Assembly (NCBI GenBank): GCA_049657865.1
Contig: JBASOB010000004.1
Coordinates: 1-62,837, forward strand
Length of the DNA: 62,837 nucleotides
Origin: Mobilitalea sp.
GTDB lineage: Bacteria > Bacillota > Clostridia > Lachnospirales > Lachnospiraceae
Direction of reading: 5' to 3'
The notes under the pieces are model-generated. The model searched no databases, was not told the DNA's origin, and saw only the letters and a list, made by a program, of their open reading frames with translations. Positions 19,418 through 30,250 of this stretch are shown in pieces. A program made the position numbers and the translations under genes. The first letter of the stretch is position 1. Each line of letters starts with the position of its first letter.

Positions 19418-20206
19418 TTATTCGTTAATTGATTCAATGTCCTTTTGAGATATCGTATTCCGGTATTCATTTGCTGAAATTCCGATGTTCTTTTTAAAGA
19501 CTCTTGAGAAATGAGCCATATCTACGAATCCCACACGTTCTGCAATATCTCCGATTCGCAGAGCAGGATTTCTTAATAATTTTTGCGCCTCTTTAATCCT
19601 CACACTATTTAGAATCTCAGAGAAATTTTGCTCCAGATTACGATTCAAGAGTTTGCTTAAATGCCATTGGCTCACATAAGTTTTCTCTGCAACTTCGGAA
19701 AGCGTAATTTTATGGGGGTAGTTATTCTCTATATATTTAATTGCATTATTGACGATAAAGTTACTCGCTTCGTTATCTAATTTTTCATTTTCCTGAGCAT
19801 TGATTGTTTCGCTGCCTGGAAGGATATTTTTCGCCTGCAGATTACGAACCATCGTGTCGATTGCTTCTATGATATCTTCCATATTGGACGGTTTTAGTAA
19901 AAATCTGGTGATTCCGAGCTTAATTGCTTTTTGGGCATATTCGAATTTGCGGTATCCGGTAAGAATGCTGATTTCCATATCCGGGAATTCGGATTTTAGT
20001 CCTGCAATCATTGTCAGCCCATCCACATCAGGCATTGAGATATCTGTTATAACGATATTAGGTCGATGTTCCCTGATGATTTCTGCGCCTTCTATGCCAT
20101 CATTTGCAGTCGCAACAATCTTGCACTGATACTTGTCCCAGCAGATAATACGGGAGATGCCCTCAACAATAATCGGTTCATCATCAATGATAACTACTTT
20201 AAACAT
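19418..20206 (-). CDS. YesN-type response regulator (REC + AraC HTH)
   Basis: IDDEP, TDISMP, LTGY, LLKP; AraC IAERVGF....HFSRVFKK..G.S; GGAGGG before ATG 20206. Confidence 0.92.
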   Translation of the reverse strand: MFKVVIIDDEPIIVEGISRIICWDKYQCKIVATANDGIEGAEIIREHRPNIVITDISMPDVDGLTMIAGLKSEFPDMEISILTGYRKFEYAQKAIKLGITRFLLKPSNMEDIIEAIDTMVRNLQAKNILPGSETINAQENEKLDNEASNFIVNNAIKYIENNYPHKITLSEVAEKTYVSQWHLSKLLNRNLEQNFSEILNSVRIKEAQKLLRNPALRIGDIAERVGFVDMAHFSRVFKKNIGISANEYRNTISQKDIESINE

Positions 20207-20272
20207 AATTGTACCCTCCACTTCGTGTCCTTCTTAACAAACATGATGCTGCTTCTTCTCCATCCGAATAAA

Positions 20273-21598
20273 CTATTTCGCATTAATCTGCAATACTTCA
20301 TTTAATAAGTCCTGCGGTGTCCTCGCTCCGGTGGAGAGGTCTACAATGCCTGCAACTAAAGTATTATATGCCTCCTGCGTCAGTCTGGAATCGGTAGGTG
20401 TTGAAATACTGGTCGCTTCACTGCTGTACTCCAGTCCGGAGATTTCAAGCTTCGTCATGGAAGCTAACGGTTCTACCTTTGCTGCCGCCTGACCGTTACC
20501 GCCCCAGTAGATTGTTACGGCTTCACTGCCGGTGTGTGCCATCACAAATTTCACTGCAGCATCTCTGATTTCCGGATCCTCCCAAGCCTTCTTCGTAATA
20601 TAGAATCCGGACGATATTCCGCCCACCATGCTACCCTTCGGCGCTTTTCCCTCTGGGATTTCCGGAAAAGCTACTAATACGGTATTTTCCTGATCCGGTA
20701 TGCCGCTCGCATACCAGGAACCATCGAGCTGCATAGCTGCCTGCTTATTTTTAAATAATTCACCTGCAAAATCATTGTCAATCGTATCGGTGTCGACCGG
20801 GAAAGCACCTAAGTCCCGGAGTGTTTTAAACATGGCCAGACCTTTGCACCAATCCTCCGGAGCAGTCAATGGAACGGAGGTGTAACTCTCTGGCCCTGCG
20901 GCGGAGAGCATTAAAAACTCAATCCAATAATGAGGAACGTTATTAAGAGATACTGCAATCGGAATAACGCCATGTGCTGAGAATCCTTCAATTGCTTTAA
21001 TCATCTTATCCCAATCGGTAGGAAGTTCCAGTCCATATTGGTCAAATAAATCCTTATTGCAGAATAATCCTTCCCAATAACCAGTGGTAGGAACGGCTCT
21101 CTGTACTCCATCAGGATTAACTGCTGCCTCAAGTGCAGCAGGCAGCGTATCGCCTGCATAATCTGGATATACGGAACGAATTTCTTCCACGCTTACAAAT
21201 TTATTGGCTGCCAGAACGTCACTTGCATTTGCATCGGTAAAGTACTGGATTACATCAGGTTCATTGCCAACTGAGAAGTCGGCTGCGATTTTTGTCTTCC
21301 AATCCTGGTCCGCAGATTGAGAATCATCTTCTATTGTAATATATGGGTAGTCTTTCATAAATTGCTCATTGATTGCCTGATAGTTTCCAGCATTTGCATC
21401 AGTTCCTCCAAACATAGACGCCGTTGTGATTGTAACCGGGTTGGTATCTTCTATATCGCTATTTATTTCTCCGTCTGCAATACCTGTCGGTCCACCGCCA
21501 GCCACGTCTAACCGGTCTGACTGATCACAGGCGCTCAGAAGAGTCAGTACCAGTACAGCTGTAAGTAAGATGGATCCTATTTTTGTAAAGTTCTTCAT
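20273..21598 (-). CDS. Sugar-binding lipoprotein (family 1 SBP), no adjacent permeases
   Basis: Lipobox LSAC; LFCNKDLF..YGLELPTDW, AAMQLDGSW. Confidence 0.85.
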   Translation of the reverse strand: MKNFTKIGSILLTAVLVLTLLSACDQSDRLDVAGGGPTGIADGEINSDIEDTNPVTITTASMFGGTDANAGNYQAINEQFMKDYPYITIEDDSQSADQDWKTKIAADFSVGNEPDVIQYFTDANASDVLAANKFVSVEEIRSVYPDYAGDTLPAALEAAVNPDGVQRAVPTTGYWEGLFCNKDLFDQYGLELPTDWDKMIKAIEGFSAHGVIPIAVSLNNVPHYWIEFLMLSAAGPESYTSVPLTAPEDWCKGLAMFKTLRDLGAFPVDTDTIDNDFAGELFKNKQAAMQLDGSWYASGIPDQENTVLVAFPEIPEGKAPKGSMVGGISSGFYITKKAWEDPEIRDAAVKFVMAHTGSEAVTIYWGGNGQAAAKVEPLASMTKLEISGLEYSSEATSISTPTDSRLTQEAYNTLVAGIVDLSTGARTPQDLLNEVLQINAK

Positions 21599-21813
21599 AA
21601 ATGAGCCCTCCCCTTATCTTATAATACCGATACACCTGCAAGAAGGCTTCCCTCCCTGGTATACCGCAGCTATCCCAATGACATACCATAGACATAACCA
21701 CGGTACACCTATATTATAATAACAATAGTTCCAAATTGCTTTAACTTTACTTGACATTATTTGTTTATTCTTGCTATCTTATTCATTTGTTAGGGCAAAA
21801 TCGTATGTTATTA

Positions 21814-23640
21814 TTACTCTCTTTCAGATTTATTCCATATTAATTTTGGAGCTTTTGCAGTTTCACTGTGTTGATCATATTCAAGGGGTAAGCTTATCGT
21901 AGATGCGGTCTCCCCTTCTCCGAGGGGTTTGATCGTAAGTCCATATTCTTCCCCGTAAATCAATTTAATTCTTTCATTCACGTTACGGACACCCATGGAT
22001 TCATGAACTCCGTCTTTTGCGTTTTCATGATCAAATCTCCCATTGAGAATGTGCTCCACACGTTCGCAGTCTTCCTCCGTCATGTTCTTGCCTGAATTGA
22101 TAATCTGCAGGATCACGTTATTATCTTCTTGATATACCTTAATCTGAATCGTGCCATTCTTCACGGTTTCTACGCCATGAACGACCGCATTTTCAATCAG
22201 GGGCTGTAAAATCAACTGAGGAACCTGAATCTGCAGGAGCTCTTCGTCAATTTCCTTTTCAATTTTAAGTCGTTTGCCAAATCGCATCGAAATGATATAG
22301 CAGTACGCATCTACGCACCGAAGTTCCTCGGACAAGTTGATTAACTGCTTATTGGAACGGTCCATACTGTAATTAAGCAGCGTTCCAAGCGCCTCAATCA
22401 TCTTTGATACCGTAACATCTCCGGCCATTCTAGCCTGCCAGTTCATCATTTCCAAAGTGTTATTTAAGAAATGCGGATTAATCTGTGACTGCAGCGCAAT
22501 GATTTTGGCATCCTTCCTCGCCAATTTTTCCGTATAGGCATAATCGAATAAATACTTGATTTCAGAGGACATCTGGTTAAAAGAGTCCCGCAGTACATCA
22601 AATTCTGTATTCGGCATTGCACGTCCCTCAATCTGCTTTCCAATATCGCCCTTCTCCAGTGATTTCGCTGCATCTATCATGGTGCTCATCGGCTTTGTGA
22701 GATGAGGGGAAATAAAATATATCATATAAATAAATACCGGAATAATAATCACCATGATAAGGAGCATGACCATATAGACATTTCTAAGGTCCGAAAAAAT
22801 GACATTCTCATTGGCAACTAGAACTGCTCCAAAGTGAAAATCATCATATTTCTGTTGATAAATCAATCCAATGTAAGGTTTATCCTTTTCCTGAAGAACT
22901 TTTCTGTTTATTTTTTTAGAATACTGGTCCGTCAACTTTGATAATACCTTAGCACGGCTGTCTTCCGTAAGCTGAGAGTCAAAAGCAATCATGGAATTGG
23001 TGTCATTGATGAAGAAAGCTAATTCATAATCCTTATTCAGAGAAATACCGTCAATCAGCTTATCCTTATTCAGCTCCAGAATCAAAGTACCGAATTTGGT
23101 ATAATTTGTCGTCGTATATAGATTACGTATAATATAAATTTTCCCATCGATGATTCTGACCTGCGCGTCCGAGGTATCCTGAGCGGTAATCGTATTCGCT
23201 TCTTTTGCGACTTTCTGTTTATAGATATCAATATAATTGCTTTCCTTCTGCTTGGTATAATAGATCTTGTCCGGTTCTTCGCTTAAATAGAACACCGCTA
23301 TTTCAAACCGGTTATCATTGTAAAATTTACTTGTTAAGTTGCCTGTGATCTGCCGATATAATTCTGCTTTCGTAATGCTTCCCGAGTCATATTTCCTCCA
23401 GGCTTTTTCGATTACCTGCTCATAGGAGGTCTTTTTCGAAATATCGATGGCTTCATCAATGCGCTGCGCATTAAAATAAGTGAAATTCTTTAAGCTCTCT
23501 TCCATTAAAACCGTGGTTTTTTCAATGATATCACTTCGATAGGAGGTGGTCACGATGAGAAAAATGGAGGCCACTGGAAACATCCAAAAAGTGACGAACA
23601 GAAACAGCATTCTTCGTTTTAGCGAAATCGTTTTCTTCAT
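21814..23640 (-). CDS. YesM/LytS-type sensor histidine kinase
   Basis: Two TM helices flanking an extracellular domain, HAMP, ALQSQINPHFLNNTL, LQPLIENAVVHG. Confidence 0.92.
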   Translation of the reverse strand: MKKTISLKRRMLFLFVTFWMFPVASIFLIVTTSYRSDIIEKTTVLMEESLKNFTYFNAQRIDEAIDISKKTSYEQVIEKAWRKYDSGSITKAELYRQITGNLTSKFYNDNRFEIAVFYLSEEPDKIYYTKQKESNYIDIYKQKVAKEANTITAQDTSDAQVRIIDGKIYIIRNLYTTTNYTKFGTLILELNKDKLIDGISLNKDYELAFFINDTNSMIAFDSQLTEDSRAKVLSKLTDQYSKKINRKVLQEKDKPYIGLIYQQKYDDFHFGAVLVANENVIFSDLRNVYMVMLLIMVIIIPVFIYMIYFISPHLTKPMSTMIDAAKSLEKGDIGKQIEGRAMPNTEFDVLRDSFNQMSSEIKYLFDYAYTEKLARKDAKIIALQSQINPHFLNNTLEMMNWQARMAGDVTVSKMIEALGTLLNYSMDRSNKQLINLSEELRCVDAYCYIISMRFGKRLKIEKEIDEELLQIQVPQLILQPLIENAVVHGVETVKNGTIQIKVYQEDNNVILQIINSGKNMTEEDCERVEHILNGRFDHENAKDGVHESMGVRNVNERIKLIYGEEYGLTIKPLGEGETASTISLPLEYDQHSETAKAPKLIWNKSERE

Positions 23641-23718
23641 GATAATCTCCCTTCTGTGAAAAGTGTGAAGCTTCTTTTTCTTCCTACCTTTGCCAAATTT
23701 TCATCCGTTCAAATCAGC

Positions 23719-23752
23719 AAAAAAAATGGGTTACCTTAAAAAGATAACCCAT
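23719..23752 (-). terminator. Terminator after the phosphomutase gene
   Basis: Minus strand ATGGGTTATC...GGTAACCCAT followed by a T-run. Confidence 0.65.
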
Positions 23753-23760
23753 CATTTAGT

Positions 23761-23862
23761 TATGATATACTAAAGAGTGTAGTGAACATCCTTCAAGCTT
23801 GCTTGAAAGTATGCGAGCGGAGCTAAAGAGCATATCTTTTGTTCATACTCTAGTATATCATA
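23761..23862. repeat. 102-bp MITE-like palindromic element
   Basis: Perfect 12-bp terminal inverted repeat TATGATATACTA/TAGTATATCATA, inner GAGT..TGAACA/TGTTCATACTC pairing and central TTCAAGC-TT-GCTTGAA. Confidence 0.5.
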
Positions 23863-23897
23863 TTCAGTTAAATATTTCTATTATTGCTTCAGAGGCT

Positions 23898-25310
23898 TTA
23901 TGCTATCCCTAAGAAATTTTCAAAAATACCGCATATTATTGCAGCCTCTCCCTCTTCTGGCATTTCACAGAAGATCCGAAGCAACGGTTCTGTTCCAGAA
24001 AAACGTATTACCACCCAGCCGCCGTTACTAAAATAGATTTTACAGCCATCAAGATAGGATATCTTCGTAATTCCGAAGGGCAGTTCCGGGATAAGCTTAT
24101 CAATTAATAAGATCTGATAAATCTCCTCCTTCTTTTCTTCGTCAAAACGATAATCTTTCTCCTCCATATAGTAAGAACCATATTCAGCTGCAATATCACG
24201 AACGATTTCCGATAATTTTTTTCCAAGCACTGCAATCATTTCTACTAATAGAACAGCCGCATATACTCCATCTTTTCCATTAATATGGCCTCGTACGGTT
24301 AACCCTCCTGAGGACTCTCCACCGATTACGGCATTGGTTTCATTCATTTTGGCCGAGATATATTTGAAGCCTACCGGAACTTCATAGCATTTTTCACCAA
24401 AGCTTTCCGCTACACGGTCAAGCATATGAGTGGTTGCAATGTTTCGTACCGCAGCTCCGTGCCATCCTTTGTACTTTAGCAGGTAATAATATAGCAGTAC
24501 TAGGATGTCGTTTGGATGAAGGAATTTTCCCTGATCATCGATTACCCCTATCCGGTCTGCATCGCCGTCAGTGGCAATTCCAATATCACAGTGTCGGTCA
24601 CTGACCTGATTTTGCAGACTTCTAAGCGTTAGCGCAGAAGGTGACGGCAGCTTCCCTCCAAACAGGGTATCGTGTCTGTCATGTATGGTAAACACTTCAC
24701 ATCTGGCGGTCAAAAGAATCGTCTTCAGAGATGTTTCACTTACTCCGTACATCGGATCAAGTGCAACCCTTAAGTTAGAATTCCGGATTGCCTGCATATT
24801 AATTGAACTGATGATATTATCGATGTATTCATTCAACGGGTTTATTTCAAAGATCAGCCCTGCTGTAATTGCTTTCGCATAATCCATTCCTGTTACATTT
24901 TCCTGAACATCCTGGATATAATGTTCAATTTCTAACGTCTGAAATTCATCTGCGTCACGTCCGCCTTGCGTAAATATCTTAATCCCATTATAGATCGCCG
25001 GATTATGGCTAGCCGTAATCATCATTCCATAAGGAAAATCATGCTTCATCACATAATACATGATTAACGGCGTCGGCGAAGACTGATTAATCAGATAGGC
25101 TTTAATTCCTTCTGCAGCAAACACCTCTCCTGCCCACCTCATCGCTTCCTTAGAAAGAAAACGTCTGTCGTATCCTAGCACAATTCCTTTGTCTGTGACA
25201 CTTTCATCTCTCATCTTCATCGCAATACTTTTGGATAGTATCTGTATATTTGCTTTGGTAAAGTCCTCTCCTATGATTGCTCTCCAACCACCGGTACCAA
25301 ATTTTATCAT
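23898..25310 (-). CDS. Phosphohexomutase (PGM/PMM family), probable GlcNAc-1-phosphate mutase
   Basis: IKFGTGGWR, ITASHNP phosphoserine loop, DGDADR, GEsSGG; 4-bp overlap with the GH94 gene. Confidence 0.88.
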   Translation of the reverse strand: MIKFGTGGWRAIIGEDFTKANIQILSKSIAMKMRDESVTDKGIVLGYDRRFLSKEAMRWAGEVFAAEGIKAYLINQSSPTPLIMYYVMKHDFPYGMMITASHNPAIYNGIKIFTQGGRDADEFQTLEIEHYIQDVQENVTGMDYAKAITAGLIFEINPLNEYIDNIISSINMQAIRNSNLRVALDPMYGVSETSLKTILLTARCEVFTIHDRHDTLFGGKLPSPSALTLRSLQNQVSDRHCDIGIATDGDADRIGVIDDQGKFLHPNDILVLLYYYLLKYKGWHGAAVRNIATTHMLDRVAESFGEKCYEVPVGFKYISAKMNETNAVIGGESSGGLTVRGHINGKDGVYAAVLLVEMIAVLGKKLSEIVRDIAAEYGSYYMEEKDYRFDEEKKEEIYQILLIDKLIPELPFGITKISYLDGCKIYFSNGGWVVIRFSGTEPLLRIFCEMPEEGEAAIICGIFENFLGIA

Positions 25311-27715
25311 TTTATAGCCTCCCTGTTACCCATTGTTACAATTACTTCATTAATGCTTCCTGCTACCTTAGTATCTACCTTCTCTACCGGTTTTCCATTT
25401 ACCTCAATTGACCGGACTCCCTTCATCACTCCGTCGGGATTTAATACGGTAATATGATACATTGCCCCTCTCCACTCCCTGTCCACCTTAAATTCCTTCC
25501 AATCTGAAGGAATGCAAGGATCAATGACAAGTTCCATAAATTGCGGACGGATACCTAAGATATATCTGGTTGCTGAGAAATAAGCCCATCCTCCAGTTCC
25601 TGTCATAAAGGGATGTCTTGCACGTCCAAATCCAGTATGTTCCCTGCCCATAATAAACTGACAGTAGGAATACGGTTCTGCTTCTCTGGTTTCTATCCTA
25701 TCATTTTGATTATACGGACTTAGTGCATCATAGAATTTCATTGCACGGTCACCACGGCCTAAGATACATTCTGCTGCCCATGCCCATGGATTTGGATGAC
25801 TGAAGATAGCTCCATTCTCTTTTAATCCTGGATATACTCTGGTAATAAATCCAATCTCGTCGTCGGGCTTCGTATAAGACGGACCATTCAGCATGAGTCC
25901 ATAAGGCGTATACAAGTAGTGGTCGACGGAGTCCATGGCTTTCTTCCCCTTCTCCGCGGAAGCCAGTCCGGATAGAACCGCCCAAGTATTAGATTCCAGA
26001 TGAATCCTGCCTTCTTTGTCTTCACTTGTTCCGATTTTTCTTCCTGTCTTGGTAATACCCCTGATATACCAGTCTTTGTCCCATAATTCTGCGTCACAAA
26101 CTTCTTTCACTCTTGCCTGAATCAAGCGATATCGTTTTACATCATCCGCTCTTCCCACAAATGCAGCTACTTCGATGAAATTACCCAGTGCCCAGTAATG
26201 AAGGAAGGATACCATAGCGCTTTCTCCTCCTCCAAGATTCAGGCAGTCATTCCAATCAGCCCGTAAGCCTTTACATATTCCTGTACTGCCGACCTGCTCT
26301 GTGGAGAAATCCAGAATTCTTGTCATATGTTCATATACGGTTCCGCTTCCCCCGTCTGCATAGGTGATTACTTCTTCTAAGAAAGCCAGTTCTCCTGTTT
26401 CTTTTATATATTCTACAATTGAGCTAACCAGCCAAAGAGCATCATCCGAGCAAGCTTGATCAATCCCATGTATCATATCTTCTTTGTTCGGAGTCGGCAC
26501 TATCGTCGGTGATTTAAAAGCCTCTGTTTGGTTATTCGGTTCGAACCATTCCGGCTGGAATAGATGTAACCCATATCCCTTAGACACTAATGCTCTTAAT
26601 AATTCCACGATTCTCTGCCTGCATTTCTCTGGATTAGAGTGAGGTATGGTCATGGAGTCCTGCGAGGTATCGCGGTATCCAAGCCCGGTTCTTCCTCCTA
26701 CCTCAATAAAGGAGGCAAATCGTGAAAACATCACATTAATTTCAGCCTGATATAGTGTCCAGGTATTGATTAAGGTGTTCATGCCTTCATTCGGAGTAGT
26801 AATCTGAAGCTTACTCATTTTACGATTCCAGTAATCAGCCATCTGCTGATAAGCAAGATCAATCTTCTCTAAATCAGAATATTTATCTCTGATTATCTTA
26901 CCTGCACTGCGGCTGCCTTCTCCTAACATGTATACGAGTCTGACTTCCTCCCCTGGTTGCAAGCAAAGTTTCTTATGTAAGGAACCACAATGATTATTGC
27001 CTTTTTCATAGGAACCGCCACATATCCCGTTCTGAACCGCTACCGGATTATCTTCCGTATGATACAGTCCGATAAATTTATCCCTGAGACAGTCAAAACT
27101 ATCCGGTGCAAAATTAGCAGTAAAATACTGATAACCATGTTCTTCATAGAATAAATCATGTTCAATAATCCCGTCCACGTAGGAGGACCCGGCTGCGTAA
27201 TTACTCATCTGGAAATTGCGGTTATCCATATCAATATGATGATATGAAAATTCAAGATAGGAGAAGACACTTAAATTTCTTGGTTTCGTGTCCGTATTCT
27301 TAAGTTTAACATCCCACAGTTCAACCGCGTCCTCTATGGGAATAAATAACGTCTGTTCTGCCTTGATTCCACTGTATTCACAGGAATATTTCGTATAGGA
27401 CAGCCCATGCCTGCATTCATATTTTGCATCCTCCAGAGATTTTCCTACTGGCTGCCACGAAATGCTCCAATAGTCCTCTGTATCATCATCTCTAATGTAA
27501 ACATAATGTCCGGGACGGTCCATCGGAACACTATTCGCGCGAAAGCGCGTAATCCTATGATATTCCGGCGACTGGTAGAATAGATAGCCCCCTGCTGTAT
27601 GATTTACGATCGCACACATATCTTTTACACCCAAGTAATTCGTCCATGAGGTCGGTAAATCGACCTTATCTATCACATATTCCCTTTTTTCATTATCAAA
27701 ATACCCATATTTCAT
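25307..27715 (-). CDS. chbP: GH94 phosphorylase, probable N,N'-diacetylchitobiose phosphorylase
   Basis: MKYGYFD N-terminus, GGRTGLGYRDT, SDDALWL, RADWNDCLNLGGGES, KENGAIFSHPNPW, HPFMTG, resembling Vibrio ChbP as recalled; RBS before ATG 27715. Confidence 0.82.
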   Translation of the reverse strand: MKYGYFDNEKREYVIDKVDLPTSWTNYLGVKDMCAIVNHTAGGYLFYQSPEYHRITRFRANSVPMDRPGHYVYIRDDDTEDYWSISWQPVGKSLEDAKYECRHGLSYTKYSCEYSGIKAEQTLFIPIEDAVELWDVKLKNTDTKPRNLSVFSYLEFSYHHIDMDNRNFQMSNYAAGSSYVDGIIEHDLFYEEHGYQYFTANFAPDSFDCLRDKFIGLYHTEDNPVAVQNGICGGSYEKGNNHCGSLHKKLCLQPGEEVRLVYMLGEGSRSAGKIIRDKYSDLEKIDLAYQQMADYWNRKMSKLQITTPNEGMNTLINTWTLYQAEINVMFSRFASFIEVGGRTGLGYRDTSQDSMTIPHSNPEKCRQRIVELLRALVSKGYGLHLFQPEWFEPNNQTEAFKSPTIVPTPNKEDMIHGIDQACSDDALWLVSSIVEYIKETGELAFLEEVITYADGGSGTVYEHMTRILDFSTEQVGSTGICKGLRADWNDCLNLGGGESAMVSFLHYWALGNFIEVAAFVGRADDVKRYRLIQARVKEVCDAELWDKDWYIRGITKTGRKIGTSEDKEGRIHLESNTWAVLSGLASAEKGKKAMDSVDHYLYTPYGLMLNGPSYTKPDDEIGFITRVYPGLKENGAIFSHPNPWAWAAECILGRGDRAMKFYDALSPYNQNDRIETREAEPYSYCQFIMGREHTGFGRARHPFMTGTGGWAYFSATRYILGIRPQFMELVIDPCIPSDWKEFKVDREWRGAMYHITVLNPDGVMKGVRSIEVNGKPVEKVDTKVAGSINEVIVTMGNREAIK

Positions 27716-27718
27716 AAC

Positions 27719-27770
27719 AAAAAACACCTCCTCCATATATAACTTAATTATAATGGAGGAGGTGTTTTTT
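27719..27770 (-). promoter_or_regulatory. 18-bp perfect inverted repeat containing the chbP RBS, with TATAAT at the loop
   Basis: Minus strand AAAAAACACCTCCTCCAT-TATAATTAAGTTATAT-ATGGAGGAGGTGTTTTTT-GTT-ATG. Confidence 0.75.
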
Positions 27771-27871
27771 GGAATAGCTAAGGATGTCAATATTTGTTTT
27801 ATATTGTTGTCCTATGCTACCGTACTTATCTCAATGCTCTTGCTTCAAATCCGATAGAGCAACTTTTGTTG

Positions 27872-29959
27872 TTATAGCTTGAACTTAGCGATTTCAGTTT
27901 TTAGATTATCTGCGCTCTCTTTTGTCTTAGAAATCTGTATCATGACATCACTTGATTGCATATTTGCTTCCGATACTTTATCGGCAATGTCATTCACTCC
28001 TTCTGCACTTTCATTTGCTGTGAGTGCTACACCCTCGATCGCGGTTGCCATATTATCGATAGAAGCAAGCAGCTCTTCAGCTGTCGAGCTGAATTCCGTT
28101 ACCAGATCCTCCACATATTTTGCATCTACGCTATATTTATCTGCAACATCAAGCATACCTTTATAATCTTTATTGACATCGGTCGATACAAAGTTAAGAA
28201 GTCCGTTGGAGCTTGCAGTAAGGTTCGTTACTGCTGCGGTAACCATGGAGGTTACTCCCTGAATTTCAATTACGGTATTCTTTGATCTCTCTGATAATTT
28301 TCTGATCTCATCCGCTACTACAGAAAATCCTCTTCCTGCCTCTCCTGCTCTTGCCGCTTCAATTGCCGCATTCAGAGATAACAAATTGGTCTGTTCTGCA
28401 ATCTGCATGATAGAATCCGATAATACATTAATCTGTTCCACGATTTTAGCTTCTTCGATTGCTTTCTCAACTTGGCTCTTGGTCTCATTCAGCATCGATA
28501 ACGCTTTCTTCTGGGAGAGAATAACTGCTTGTTGTATTTTTTCGGCTCTGTCGCTGATATCTTTTGCTGCCATTGCACCCTTCTGCGAATTTTCAGCTAT
28601 ACTTTGCACTGCTCTTTCTAGTTCCAGTGAAGTTGCTGACATTTCCTGCGTTGTTGCTGCACTTTCTTCGGTGCCGGCAGCAAGCTCTTCGGTGGTTGCT
28701 GAAATTCCTTCTAAGCTGTCATTTAAACGACTCACATTAGAAACAACATTTTCCACTTCATTATTAATATTCTTCGATTCGTCTGTAATACTAGTAACTA
28801 AGCGTTTTAAAGACTCCTTTGTCTCCTCTACGCTCCGTACAATTGTACCGGTTTCATCTTTACTTGTCATAAGTTTCTGATTTACTGTAAAGGTAAAGTC
28901 CCCAGTAGCGATTCTGTCAAGGTATCCTGCCGACACTTTAATTGGATCTGCAATCTTTTTAGCCAATAATGTAACTAATGCAGCAGCAATCAGCGCTGAT
29001 AGAATTGAGATCACTAGAGCAAAGTACTTCGTGCTTGTAATAAACTGCATCGCATCCTTTTTGCTCTCAACTGTAATAACAGCCCACCGATCCGAAAATC
29101 CAGGAACCACGATAGAGGAATATGCACTGATTACATTCACGCCATCCTTATCTTTATAGTCCGTCGTTCCGTATTTGCCGTCTAATGCTTCTACTACGGC
29201 TGCTTCAAGTTCTGCTGGTACTTCAATGTCCTTTTCGTCTGTAAGCTCATTTCCTGCCTCATCTTTTAATACCGTACCGCTTTTATCTTTTTGAAGTATC
29301 GTTTTTTTCTTCGTCTTATAATTATATAATTCATTGATCTGTACTGCCTCCGGATGGGCTACTACGACGCCCTCTCCGTCGATAATAAATGCATATTTGC
29401 TGCCCGAACTGTTTTGGTCGACAATTTCCTGAAGAGAATCCAGCTTAATATCTGCGGCCATAACTCCGATCATTTCTCTACTGTCATCTAGAATCGGTAT
29501 TGCAATGGTAGATACCGGCATCCCGGTCGTTGCGGAATAATAAGATTTACTGATAAATGCTTTTTTATCCGCAATTACCTTTAAGAACCACCATCTCTGC
29601 GAACGGTCCGCAAGGGTCCCGCTGGATCTTGCAGTCTGCATACCATCTAAAGCTTCCACATGTAATAAATCGATATATTCATTCTTTCCAATCGCACTGA
29701 CTAATACATCGGATTGTTTTTTAGGATCGAAGTTTTTAATATCATTATTCATGGAAATCTGTTCGGTAACAGCAAATCCCTTTTCTAAGAAGCTGTTAAC
29801 CTGAGTACTTATCGAAATAGCTACATTCTGGTTTGTATCCTGCATTTCTGTTTCATAAGAATTTTTCATGTAGCCTATACTGGCGGCTGTTGAAATGATC
29901 AAAGGAATCACGATCAATAATAAAGTATAAAGCAACAATTTTTGTTTAATAGATTTCAT
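27872..29959 (-). CDS. Methyl-accepting chemotaxis protein with Cache sensor domain
   Basis: TM-Cache-TM-HAMP architecture; [36 protein letters not shown]. Confidence 0.95.
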   Translation of the reverse strand: MKSIKQKLLLYTLLLIVIPLIISTAASIGYMKNSYETEMQDTNQNVAISISTQVNSFLEKGFAVTEQISMNNDIKNFDPKKQSDVLVSAIGKNEYIDLLHVEALDGMQTARSSGTLADRSQRWWFLKVIADKKAFISKSYYSATTGMPVSTIAIPILDDSREMIGVMAADIKLDSLQEIVDQNSSGSKYAFIIDGEGVVVAHPEAVQINELYNYKTKKKTILQKDKSGTVLKDEAGNELTDEKDIEVPAELEAAVVEALDGKYGTTDYKDKDGVNVISAYSSIVVPGFSDRWAVITVESKKDAMQFITSTKYFALVISILSALIAAALVTLLAKKIADPIKVSAGYLDRIATGDFTFTVNQKLMTSKDETGTIVRSVEETKESLKRLVTSITDESKNINNEVENVVSNVSRLNDSLEGISATTEELAAGTEESAATTQEMSATSLELERAVQSIAENSQKGAMAAKDISDRAEKIQQAVILSQKKALSMLNETKSQVEKAIEEAKIVEQINVLSDSIMQIAEQTNLLSLNAAIEAARAGEAGRGFSVVADEIRKLSERSKNTVIEIQGVTSMVTAAVTNLTASSNGLLNFVSTDVNKDYKGMLDVADKYSVDAKYVEDLVTEFSSTAEELLASIDNMATAIEGVALTANESAEGVNDIADKVSEANMQSSDVMIQISKTKESADNLKTEIAKFKL

Positions 29960-30250
29960 TATATCCCCTTTGTGTATTATGTATTTGTATGATGTCTTTG
30001 TTTTATGGCTATATTATATATCATAAAAACGAGTCACTGCAATAGCACTATTTCATTCTATTTGGCCGTCTCTCAAGATTTGTGCTAGTAAATGCGCAAG
30101 GTAAAGCATCTCTGATTCTTTTCTTCCATCATAAAAAGGCGCCGGTTCTATGATGGCTATCACAGAATCAACACCTTTATTATTACTCCTATACTCCAAC
30201 GTTCTAAAATGTTCTTTATCATAAAAACCGGTTCGTCTTATTACAGGGAA

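Noticed and set aside
29960..30250. c-di-GMP riboswitch ahead of the MCP gene
   Set aside because: No convincing GEMM core could be matched by eye; an Rfam scan would settle it.
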